Origin: Calcarisporiella thermophila CBS 279.70
Lineage: Eukaryota; Fungi; Calcarisporiellomycota
Assembly (NCBI RefSeq): GCF_041956535.1
Contig: NW_027192192.1
Coordinates: forward strand, 561,796 to 625,795
Reading direction: 5' to 3'
Length of the DNA stretch: 64,000 nt
Every line of letters starts with the position of its first letter. Positions within the stretch are counted from its first letter, which is position 1. The position numbers were made by a program, and so were the translations under genes. Shown here in pieces: positions 24,672 to 36,116 of this stretch. The notes under the pieces were generated by a model, which had not been told where the DNA came from, did no database searches, and saw only the letters and a list, made by a program, of their open reading frames with translations.

Positions 24672-25550
24672 CTAATTTCGGTGCCAGAGATGTTGGCGCC
24701 ATGCGGAGCGTTTTAGTGCGCTATGCAGCGCCGGATTAAGTAACAAAACGCTTAAATTGAGGATTTCTGTCAGAGTTCTTGCATGGGCTTGCAAATTATG
24801 AAGTGTTGAGATTGTCCTTTGACTAAGAATCTCGTCAAGTGATCGTTTAGCCAACATTGATATTATTAACAATGCGATATAGCCGCACGATTTTGTGACA
24901 ATCAGCACCACCGGGTAGAGCATAATCCTCAGTATTGAATTAATTAATCTTCGTCGCTGTTGCAGTCGCCGTTGACTTTGCTCTGCATCAGAACTAGCAC
25001 GGAGCTCCATGCCCACTATGAATATTATCATTACTAAAACCATAAAACTATAGAGCACACATATTGCTTCGGATATAAGTATATAAATGTTAAATCTCTG
25101 TCGAATGAAATCCGGTCTTGTTTCTATCGATCTATAGGAATCTGTCACCATTTGCCAAAAGAATACGGAAAGGGATAACAAAAATGAGAGAGGGACGTAA
25201 AATCGCTGTATCCAGTGTAGGTTCTTGAGGCGGTGAACGAACGAGAGCTATAAATCAAACGCTATAGCAAGTAAAAGCAGCACTGTCCACAAGTCAAGAA
25301 ATGAATGCAACCTGTGCTGAAATCGGAATAAAAATCCAGGGAACAATTCAGAAGAAGCGCCATCATTAACGATTAATAGATTGAGCATGTGATTTAAAGA
25401 TGAATTAAGCCCAATCCAGGCACTAAGCTTAAACGAAATGGTATCTGTAAGTTTCGGGCGTGTCCGACGAAAATTAACCACGGTACACATCATCAGAAAT
25501 CCCGAGATCATCGAGATTAGGTTGAGCAAAAAAACTATCGAACTGTTCAT
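24672..25550 (-). pseudogene. 7TM GPCR-like copy A3 interrupted by a single in-frame TAG
   Basis: ORFs 25248..25550 and 24672..25181 are in frame; reading is 'IAFDL*LSFVHRLKNLHWIQRFY' where paralogs have DLQLSF; TM6 'RIMLYP' and TM7 'LLLNP' intact. Confidence 0.8.
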
Positions 25551-26012
25551 GGCAAAATCAGAAGAGGTGAAGACTAATGCACTAATGCTGAAAACATTTT
25601 ATATTGATCGATAATCCGAGTACCGGCTCAGAGTTTGTACTTGAGAACTAAGGTTTTAGAGTCTCAATCCTCCATCGTGACTCAGGAGCAAAATGAAGGT
25701 TTGCTGGAATTGGAAAGTGTACCAAGAAGGGAAAATGAATTGTTAATTGTAATAATAACCCTGAAATAATAGACACTCAGTATAAATAAATTATGTATAA
25801 ACAACACAAATGGTATAAAATAAGTATACAACAAGCTAGAAAAAGCCAAATCACTCCAGGATATTGACATATCATGAGGCCAACCTGCGACTTTAGTTTA
25901 ATGTGAAGGAGAAAGCTTCAGTTGATCATCATATATAACATAACGGTTTGAAGTAGTTTCTCTCAATCCGTCGTCTATTTACTCATTCTCATTGGCAGTA
26001 CTACTGCGCCAG

Positions 26013-26849
26013 CTAGGATAGGAGACAAGGGTACAGGAACCAGGATGCGAGTCTCTGTGCTATCGGATAGCGTGTATTCAGCATTATTAGTGCACTCCAA
26101 ATTAGAATAGCGTCCAAATATTCATTCCGTAAGTATGCTGTTAAAACTTTTATTGCAATAATTGCAATAAAGTAAAATGGCTGAGAGATAAGAAGGGCCA
26201 GGGGATAAAGCATTATCTTTCGAATCAAATTAAAAAGTTGGTAATGCCTTTCCTCCAGCACTTCGTTTGCTTTTTGATTTCGTGAATCTCTTCCCACTCG
26301 AGAAAATGCTTTCACCAAAGTAAAAACAGAATAAAGCGTACACGCCAATATACATGCAAAGCCAATACAGCAAAACGCTAATCGAAAATGTACCGCTTTA
26401 GACTTTTTTCTTCCACAAATAGCTCCAGTATATAATTTCATGACATCGGGGAAGAAAGCAAGAAGCATTGAAACAGGCACTAGGAATGAGAATGGAACGT
26501 GCAATTGCTGCATGCTTGGCAAGTTCTTGAATTTCCGAATGAATAATAGCTGCAAGCTTAGAGTGATGCTCGCCGCGATTAATCCGAGCCAAAGATAGCA
26601 AAATGTGGGTAATTTGAGGTGTCGAAAGAAAGTAAAGTGCCAGCTATAAGGCTTGCTGTCATTCTCATCATTGCCATAGAGGCCATGTACCTGCTTTGAT
26701 AGTGCATCGTGCAATTCCAAGAGACGTGATTTAACGAAACGAAGGTTAATTATCTCCAACCTCGTATGACAGTAGTAGATAAAGGAGAGCACCAGTACAG
26801 AACCTGTGACCAGAGGGGTGGTATTAGTGTAATTAAATAGATAGTCCAT
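26013..26849 (-). CDS. Divergent GPCR-like membrane protein, copy B1, C-terminally truncated
   Basis: 'ITLSLQLLFIR', 'KIMLYPLAL', 'AQRLASWF' shared with B2; nucleotide homology to the B2 tail continues past the stop. Confidence 0.65.
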   Translation of the reverse strand: MDYLFNYTNTTPLVTGSVLVLSFIYYCHTRLEIINLRFVKSRLLELHDALSKQVHGLYGNDENDSKPYSWHFTFFRHLKLPTFCYLWLGLIAASITLSLQLLFIRKFKNLPSMQQLHVPFSFLVPVSMLLAFFPDVMKLYTGAICGRKKSKAVHFRLAFCCIGFACILACTLYSVFTLVKAFSRVGRDSRNQKANEVLEERHYQLFNLIRKIMLYPLALLISQPFYFIAIIAIKVLTAYLRNEYLDAILIWSALIMLNTRYPIAQRLASWFLYPCLLS

Positions 26850-27335
26850 AGGAATTGGTGAAGATTGAAGAGTAAGCTAAGAGTGCAACAGCGCTCTATG
26901 GCCTCCATCTTTATTGCCAAAGCATTATCCTGTGCTCGGTGCTAGCTGCGAGCACCGCAATGGCTCAGTTTGAATTTGGATTCAAAAATTGTGGGCGAAA
27001 TAAGGTTGCTGTGAAAACCTAGAGACCTAATAGTAGAGCACAAGAGTCTGGCAAAATCGCTTTAAAACTTTAACCATGGTTAATTAGCTCTGCAAACTTG
27101 ATGTCATTTCTAAAAATCCCATTAGGCTAAATTTCCTCCCTCTTCATCATTAATAGAAGTTTCACTGATCTTGAATAGTTATTTGTTCAAGCTAATTTAC
27201 TCTTATGGAGTTGTAGGATCCCACTCTGCTATTCGACATAGAGAAAATGTAAAACGTTACTCAAAAAGGCATATTAATGATCAATGTTGAGTTGATTCTA
27301 TATTTTTAGAATCAAGAGGAACACAACAAAAGTGG

Positions 27336-27370
27336 GTTTAGTTTGGTTTGGTCTGGTCTGATCTGATCTG
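27336..27370. repeat. Drifting 5-bp microsatellite
   Basis: GTTTA GTTTG GTTTG GTCTG GTCTG ATCTG ATCTG. Confidence 0.7.
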
Positions 27371-27904
27371 AACTCGTCTTCAAACCTACCCATTCTATTC
27401 TGCCACAATATTTTGGAAAACAATTACCGTAAATAGATCAGGGTCTCGTTCAAACCAATCCTTCCACCCTCCCCCCCATCCTCATATGATAAAATGGTTT
27501 CAGCGGATCATTTTTTGTCTAGTTTTGCAATTTAGCTATCTCAACCTTCTCTCACATAAGGGGTCTGATACATAGTCGGCACATTATATTGACATATCAT
27601 TTGAATGTGAGGGACCTTAGACGCTCTGTAACAAGATCGGCAGATAGTAAAGGTCATTTTTTTACTTATATGTGTATATCAACATCATAATTGGCCATAT
27701 ATTTGCTATGAAAAAAGGCAAGAGAAATTGTATAGAGAGAAGAATATAACTAAAATATAACAGAGTAAAACACAATAGATTCCCAAAAGATTTGCGATGG
27801 AATTGTTCAAAGATAAACGCGATACAACAAAAAATATGAACATATACTCTCTATTCATACCAAGCAGAATTGGAGAGATAGGATCGGCAAACTGGGTAGG
27901 CTGC

Positions 27905-30900
27905 CTAAGCTTTTTGATCCTTTTGGATAGGCTCAATGCTCCAGATCGAATCAGCATACTCTTGGATAGCACGGTCGGCCGAAAACTTGCCCATATTGGC
28001 CGTACAAAGGATAGACCGTTTGGCCCATGAATCGCGATCCTTCCACGCCTCGTCTATCATCGTTTGAGCGTGCAGGTCTATGTTAGGGAAAAGAGTAAAT
28101 AACATATCTCCTCAGTATATCAGGCCGATGTTGGAAAGAAAGAAGTAGCCTTACAGGATGAAAAGTCTACTGAAATCAAATAATAGTCCTTTCCCACCGT
28201 CAATGTGTTGATAAGGGGAGTAAATATGTTCGGATCACCAAAGGCCCCACTTTCAATCTTCTGGACGACTCGTTCCAGGTCCTTGTCCATCGGAACTCCA
28301 CGGTACCGCTGTGCGTGTCTCAAATCCTCAACTTGTTCTGCCTTGCATCCAAACAGAAAGATATTATCATCCCCAATCTCCTCCCAGATCTCTATATTTG
28401 CACCGTCTACAGTGCCAAGGATCACCCCCCCGTTTAGCACAAATTTCATGTTGGATGTACCAGAGGCCTCCGTGCCCGCTGTGGATATGTGTTGCGAAAT
28501 ATCATTCGCAGGAATGATCACCTCTGCTACAGAGACATTGTAGTCTGGAATAAATACCACTTTGAGACAGTCACCAATCTCGGGGTCGCTGTTGACCACC
28601 TTGGAAACGGCATTGATAAGCTTGATAACGAGCTTAGCAATGTAGTATCCTAATTTTAAAATGGTTTAGATACGGAGAATAGACATGAAACGGTCTCGTG
28701 ATCGCTCTGCGGCTTTCATTACACTCACCAGGGGCTGCCTTGCCTCCAAATATCACTACCCTTGGCACCAATGACTTCTTCTCCGTCGCACTCATTCCCT
28801 TGATCTGATAATACTTATGGATGACTCCTAGAATGTTCATGAACTGCCGTTTGTATTCATGAATACGTTTGACCTGCACATCAAACATTGCATCAGGAGA
28901 CACTTCTATCTCGCATTTTTCCTTGATGTACGCAGCCAGGCGCACTTTATTTGCATGCTTGACGGCCATCCATTCTCGCTGGAATTCTGGGTCGTCTGCA
29001 TATTGAGTCAACTTCTTGAGTTCATAGAGATCCTTCAGCCAGTTTTTGCTGCCAAGTTTAGACGTGATAAGTTCAGAAAGGGCAGGGTTGGCCTGGTGCA
29101 GCCAACGTCGTGGGGTGATACCATTCGTCTTGTTCTGGAAGCGGTCAGGACCGAAGAATTTGACAAAATCTTGGAAAATCTATTATGAGCAACAAATATT
29201 CATCAGTGATTAGTTCTCCAAGAAAAGGCATTCGTGCACTATTGCAATAAAAAAAATCAGGCGAAACGATTGTACCGTTGTCTTAATTAGACTCGAGTGA
29301 AGTTCTGCAACACCGTTCACACAATGAGATCCTACCACCGCCAACCACGCCATCCTCACATGCTGCGGAGCCCCTTCCTCTATGATGGATAGCCGGCTCA
29401 ACAAATCTCTGTCGTTCGGGAAACGCTTCTCGACTTTTTGGAGGAAAAAGAGGTTAAGATCGAAGATAATTTCCATGTGGCGCGGAAGCATATTTTGCAA
29501 CAATGGGACGGACCACTTTTCAAGTGCTTCTGGAAGCACCGTGTGGTTGGTGAAGCCAAAAGTCCGCACCACGATGTCCCACGCCTCGTCCCAGTCAAGC
29601 CCTTCAATATCCACCAGAACGCGCTGAAGCTCGGGAATAGCAAGCGTAGGGTGAGTGTCTACAACAACATATAATTTTCGTCAGCAATATGACCTGCGTT
29701 GAGAATCACACATCCCATCCTACCATTCAGCTGGATCGCAACCTGGTCTGGGAATTCGCTCCAGAGCCTACCCGTCTTTTTGAATCGCCGTACAATATCA
29801 TACAGACTTGCACATACCCAAAAGTATTGCTGCTTCAGCCGAAGCTCCTTGCCAACCATGTGGTTATCATTTGGATACAGGACAGAGGTAATGTTCTCGG
29901 CGTTTTTCTGTTCTTCAACAGCTTTGTTATAGTTGCCCTCATTGAAGCTGCTGAGATCAAAAGTCTTTTTGGGTTTGCTTGACCACAGGCGAATGTTGAT
30001 GGTGTTGTCAGTCCCGTATCCTATAAATCACGGCAAAACGAAGAGTACATTAAGAGATGATCGGTGAGACGGACGAAATGATCATCGACGCTGCTCTGCT
30101 CTTCTCCTACCTGGAATTGGGACATCATACGCCATGGCGCGCACCACCTCACCTCCCTCCCATTTATGCCTAATTCGGCCTTTTTCATCTGTGTATTTTG
30201 ATGTACTGCCGAAGAAGTGCACCTCCACCGTCACATCGGGACGAGGAAACTCCCACGGATTATCGAAGTTGAGCCAATAATCGGGCTGTTCCACCTGGAA
30301 TCCGTCCACTATTCTACAAAAATGGGCCATCATCAAGATACATTAGCTACAAAAAGCAACTAGTGAGCTATTGGGAGCACCGTCGGTTTTATTTACCGTT
30401 GCTGGAAGATCCCATAAGTATAACGCAGTCCGTAGCCCCAAGCAGGATAATTCATAGTTGCCAATGAGTCCATGTAGCAAGCAGCCAACCGACCCAACCC
30501 ACCATTACCGAGGGCAGCATCTACTTCCTGATTAATCAAATCCTCTAATCGAAACGCTAACTGCTTCACGCCCTCTATCAGACACTCCAACACGCTTAGT
30601 TTCATCTCTTATAAAGAAAGGGAGAAAGAAAGGGATGATTACTGACCTCCATAGTCATCACGTAGTTGCATATTAAGCAACGCATTATCAAGAGATCGGC
30701 CTAGGAGAAACTCAAGTGAAAGATAGTACACGCGTTTTGGGTCTTTGAGGGTGTGTTCTTGCTGAGTTTCGTTCCAACGTTGTATGAGACGGTCCCGTAC
30801 CCTAGGAGGAAAAAAAAAAAATGAGCACACCATACCCTGAGTGCAATAGAACAGGACCAATTTACGAGTGGGCAACGGCTTGATATATAGCGAAATCATC

Positions 30901-31236
30901 TGCATTGTAGTATGTGCGGGCAAGGGTTGCCGTCGTGTGATAAACTATCGACTTTTCTATCAATTCAATAGCTGCAAGCAAGAATTCCAAAACACATGAG
31001 CATCAATAAATCGCACATGATCTCAACCATCATCAAATAATCAAATTATAGTTACAATCTTCCTTTGGCATTGCGAGACTCTCCCATATGCGCTGAGTCT
31101 CCGTCGTGAATTTGGCCTTCTCTTCCTCCAACTGCTGTTGTCCATAGCCGGTGTAGGTGCGTTTGTGATGCCGCTTGCCTGGATGAGGAGGCATGTTGGA
31201 TGTGGTCACATTATTGTTGGTGGTGTTGGTGGACAT
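27905..31236 (-). CDS. GPH1: Glycogen phosphorylase, multi-exon
   Basis: [52 protein letters not shown] (PLP lysine); N-terminal 'KRTYTG' phosphoregulatory-like site. Confidence 0.98.
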
Positions 31237-31893
31237 GGCAAGGCAGAATTGAATGTAAAACGGTGGCGTGTGAAGACAAGGGAACAAGTAGTAAAAATTG
31301 GAAATTGCCCGCTTTTTTCGCGACTTTATATCTAGAAACGGCTCGAGATATCCAACTGCCAGTGACGTAGGTAGCTCTTGGGATGGAGAATTTTCCCTGG
31401 AGGAGAGGACAATAGACCTAGGCCTTTTGGCTACTGCATTGCCGTATGTGATGGGAAGCTTATTTTCCTCCAAACTCTCTCCTCAGCTCTACGGCTCAAT
31501 CTTGTAATCGTATCTTCCCCAGCATCCAGAACTGCTTTTCTATCTCCGCTGCGCATCAATTTGTCTCGCATGATCCTCCGGCGATAAACGTGATAACATC
31601 GAGATAAGCATAAATATATATATATGCCTACATTTACTTTAATAGATATACGCGTGAATCTAGGTATGGAAACTTTGGGCGAAGCTAGTGGCCACTAGCC
31701 CAGGCCTTCTTCTAATCAAAAGTTCAAATTAGTTATATTATTCATTACGCGGAATGGATAGCAGGAAAATAATTAAAGAGCGAGAGCACGAAAATTTACA
31801 ACATCCTTTTGCACTTGGTTGGAAAAAATAAAGGTGACAAGGAGACAAAGGAAAACAAGTCGATTTCAAATATACAACAGCCTCTCATTCAAA

Positions 31894-32686
31894 TTACACA
31901 CACCCCTTCAAGCGTGCATCCTGGCCATATGGGTGATGATGAGTGCGTTCGGAAGGTGACAAAGTAAGTGCAGCGGAATAGAGATCACAGCCCATAGGGA
32001 TGGTGGGATGTAGCATGAGAGAAAAGTGCTCCAGGAGATCTTGCTCTCGGATGCGCAAATCATAGTCCTACGGCCCAGACATAGGGTAAGTACAGTGGCT
32101 GTGCCAAAAGGATCCCTGGATAACAGAGCCTGCTGAGTCCAAAACTTACCAGAAGTAAGAGAAGCTGCTTCTCCATCAGGTTCACCTCCGCGACTGAAAA
32201 CAGGCCGGAGCACCGAGCCCAATGTCGATTCTTTGGAGGCGCATCGTGTAACAACTTGCAGGTGATAACCAGAGCCGCAAGGAAAACGCGGTGCCGCGTG
32301 CACCCCATCCCTGGATATGGAGCATAACCTGGTTAGAGTATTGCGTCAATTAGCCTTGAAGCGTGGAGATAATAATTACCGCGTGCCGTCAGGGGGAGCT
32401 TGTTCTTTAGCCTATCCAAGAGTACAAGAGTAGTCAAAAACGTGGTGGTGGAGATCCTCGAGCGCTTAGCAAGCTGGCCGATAAACGAGTCCAGGGGGGG
32501 AAGTGGCGAAAAAGTGCGATTGGAGCAAGTAATGACCTGGTAGCATTTGCATGCGACGTATGCTATTCAAGTCAAAGTGGTGAGTTCGAGGGAGTGATGC
32601 GGAAAGTAGGCTGAGCACACGTTACCTATCATGTCCTGAGTAATGGGCTGCTTACTCACCAGCTTGGTAAGGGCTACGATGGACAT
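31894..32686 (-). CDS. Pho85 cyclin, Pcl1/2 family, multi-exon
   Basis: 'LPPLDSFI..L.KRS', 'GMGCTRHRVFLAALVITCKLLHDAPPKNRHWA', 'EVNLMEKQLLLLL-DYDLRI'. Confidence 0.9.
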
Positions 32687-33260
32687 TATCCAATGTACAA
32701 TTACAGCTATCCGGGGGACCGGTAATTATAAGGGAGGAAAAAAAGGAAAGGTGAATAGAAGAAGCTAGTATAAAATAAAATAAGTAAAACTTGGATAGGG
32801 TCTAAAGACCAAACACAGCGTTTTCAAAACTCAAGCTCTATCAATTCCCAAGACTCAAGACCATTCTCTCTTATTAAAAAAAAGGGGAAGGGGGAGGGTC
32901 ATTAAGCAACGAAGAAGGGGGACAAGGTTAGCCTAAGGGAAAACAGGGGAAATAAAGAGTGGCAAATAATGGCAAAGACTCTAAATTAATTATTTTATTT
33001 GCTCCGATTTAATGCCCCGACTTCCAAAAGGAGCAGGGAGGAGGAGGCCAATGGAGGGCAATGGGTTAAGTGCAATTCCTCTTAATCTCCTCAGCCCAGC
33101 CGGCCTGCAAAGGAGACCCATCCTCAAGGTAAGCGTATGTCCACCCACGTGTTTTGCTTCGTAATCCAGAATAGTCATAGAGGGGTGTAGCAAACGCACT
33201 AATTGTATTTCAGTAACTGCTGACGCATCTAATAAAGCCTGCATTTATTAAATTCAAAAA

Positions 33261-34357
33261 TCATTTCTCTGGCTTGGTGTCGCGCTTTTGCAACACCCTG
33301 TCAATTAATCCCACGGAAAGGGCTTCTTCGGGGCTCATGAAATAATCCCGCTCCATCATCCTCTCTACGCAACAGCACCAAAGAGCATCGTTAGCACAAA
33401 CTTAGCATAACATGCCGTCTGCAGCTGGGTGGAATCAGCATCATCCCACTGCAGATATTAAGGGCTTAAGAGGAGATCAAAATTACCAATTTCACCGATA
33501 TCCTTCACCAGTGTATGCCGTGAATAAATCCTATTAAGCCTCTCACGAGTGCGCAGTATTTCCTTGGCGTGAATCGCGATGTCTGACGCGGGGCCCTCCG
33601 CGCCGCCGCTCGGTTGATGAATCATGATGCGAGAATTCGGGAGAGAGTAGCGCTGGCCAGGTTCGCCCGCCGCGAGTAGAAGAGAGCTCATTGAGCATGC
33701 CTGCCCATTGCAGAGGGTAGAAACTGGTGATTGGATATATTGCATCTACCGACATCACATTATCGTTAGTAAAGTGTGGATCCTGTGGGTTTGGGTTGGA
33801 TAGGTACAGTGTCATAGATGGCCATCCCCGCTGTCACGCTCCCTCCAGGGCTATTGATATATAGGCTGATTGGCTTTTCCGGATTTTCTGCCTCGAGAAA
33901 CAGCAACTGGGCCACGATAACTGAGGCCATAGAATCATTAATCTATTGCAGCAAGTGCTCAGTCCAGACATCTTCACCATGAAATGTAAAATTATCAGAG
34001 AAATTACTGGCCCATTGAGACATATAATCCGCTCTTTGAGCAATCTCGAGAATATATCGTATGCTCTCTCTCCTCGTGTCTGTAGTTTATTGTTCGGTTA
34101 AATAGTTTAGTGTCCTTCACTGGATACCATCTTAAACATCGGTCTGTACCGTCTGTTCCAAAACTATGGGGATAAGCGATTGGGATCGAATGTCGTCTAA
34201 CGAACGAGCATCGTGATAACGTCTCTATATAAAGATGAAAGTGATCCAGGTAGATCGCGAAGTTAATCTCAATGGATGATGTGGTGCGAGATAGGAACTC
34301 TTGTTCACTTACAGTAAGCTGAACTAGGGGACGAGTTAATTTGAAAACTGTTCGCAT
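33261..34357 (-). CDS. CLPP: Mitochondrial ClpP protease subunit, multi-exon
   Basis: '[17 protein letters not shown]', 'YINSPGGSV', '[14 protein letters not shown]' (catalytic Ser), 'IMIHQPSGG', 'MERDYFMS'. Confidence 0.95.
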
Positions 34358-34987
34358 ATCTATTCTCGCTTCTTTATCCTAGTTGCGACCTTTTTTTTTC
34401 TCTGGCCACTCGAAATTTCAATGGCGGCTTAGGAATATGTTCCGCAAACTCACGTTATTCTCGCTCGGAAAAGATATCGCCGACTTAGATCTTTTTTCAA
34501 CAGATCTCATTTCCCCAACGACCATCTCTTAGTCTTTGGCCTTTAATCCCTTTATACATACTTCCAAGATTTGTGTGAGTAAAAATTAATTAGAAAGTTC
34601 TCTACATTTTGCATTCTCCCTTGCTATTACATCGGTTGGGTGACTTTGGGGTAAAAATTTGCCAAAGGCGTGCTTATGTGAGATGCTTTCTATTCCCTAC
34701 TGAATTTGCTCTACACACATTTTATTATATCATATATCTATATTTATTCTCTTCTCTATACATACTATTTTCTTTCGACCTCTTAAATCCCACTTCCCGT
34801 CTTAACTTACTTTTATATTCTTACAACTTTATTCTCGATATATTTTGGTTTTCGCTCGAGGGAAAGGTTTCCTTGATAATTTCTACTTAACAGAAGCAGG
34901 ACAAAAAAGAACCATCGATTATTTTTTTCCCATCCCACCCTTTTCCTTCGATTCTATTTAACTAGTGGTGTATTTCCTAATCTTATT

Positions 34988-36116
34988 ATGGGATTACGCC
35001 AGTTATATGTAAATTTAAGGTAAGCAGAGAGGTGCAATCGCGGAATATGTGAAGTTGGAAGAGTTAACTCCCTCAATCTTGATTCGTAGCCATCGAAACG
35101 ATAATCTTAAGCACTCAATTGCAGGCGCTGGAGCTGGTTGTGTTTCTTCTATTGTCACTTGTCCGCTCGATGTTGCGAAAACACGGCTACAGAATCAGGG
35201 AGTGCCTATTCCCGGCATCCTGCAATACAAAGGAACGGTAGGCACACTAGCTCGAATATGGCGCGAAGAAGGCATCCGCGGTCTTTACCGCGGATTAGGC
35301 CCAACCGTGTTTGGCTATTTACCAACGTGGGCCATCTACTTTTCTGCATATGACTTCAGTAAAACAAGGATTGCACAGTATCTTGGCCGAGGAGGTGGAG
35401 GTGGCGACTGGGTGGTGCATATATTGGGGGCCATGATTGCTGGGGCCACTAGCACCACCCTGACGAGCCCGCTTTGGGTTATCAGAACACGTCTAATGGT
35501 AACCAATTGCACCTTTCACACCTCCCCCGGAACTGACTCTCAACGTGACCTCTTAATTTATTTAGACACAGAGCGATTACACTTCTTACCGATATCGGAG
35601 CACCCTTCATGCTTTCATGTCGATCTTCAGGGATGAGGGCATCCGTGGATTTTACAAAGGCCTAGGCCCGTCCCTCATTGGCGTCAGCCATGTTGCTGTC
35701 CAGTTCCCGCTCTATGAGCAACTGAAAATTTGGCTGAGTATGCACTACATCTCAGTTCTTCCCCTCCTATCCCCTCCTCATATGCTAATTTTGAACCATT
35801 AGGATCACCGAACCAGGACTCCACCACCTTTCAAATCCTCATTGCTTCCTCCCTCTCCAAGATGACGGCGAGTGTCGCTACATACCCGCATGAAGTGATC
35901 CGAACTCGCCTTCAAAATCAGACAATACCCCCCTTCAAATATCAAGGTATCCTCCATGGGGTGAAAGTGATGATGCAAGAAGAAGGGTGGAGAGCTTTCT
36001 ACAAAGGTATGCCGACCAATCTGGTGCGCACCGTTCCTGCAAGCGCTCTGACCATTTTGACGTATGAGCTTCTGGTGCGGCAACTAAGCCTGCTGGAAGA
36101 GGAGGCCCGAGCATGA
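34988..36116 (+). CDS. Mitochondrial carrier, NAD+ transporter (Ndt1/Yia6-like)
   Basis: Three carrier signatures PLDVAKTRLQ, PLWVIRTRLM, PHEVIRTRLQ; 'GYLPTWAIYF' and 'SHVAVQFPLYE' are typical of NAD carriers. Confidence 0.88.

Noticed and set aside
25248-25250. TAG-to-Gln genetic code reassignment
   Set aside because: TAG is the normal terminator of several conserved genes in this window (for example GPH1, PMA1 and the Zn2Cys6 factor)
17345-26849. Classical mating-type pheromone/receptor locus
   Set aside because: Receptors lack recognisable STE2/STE3 features; the peptide has no canonical CaaX lipopeptide or repeated alpha-factor structure; no HMG or homeodomain gene nearby
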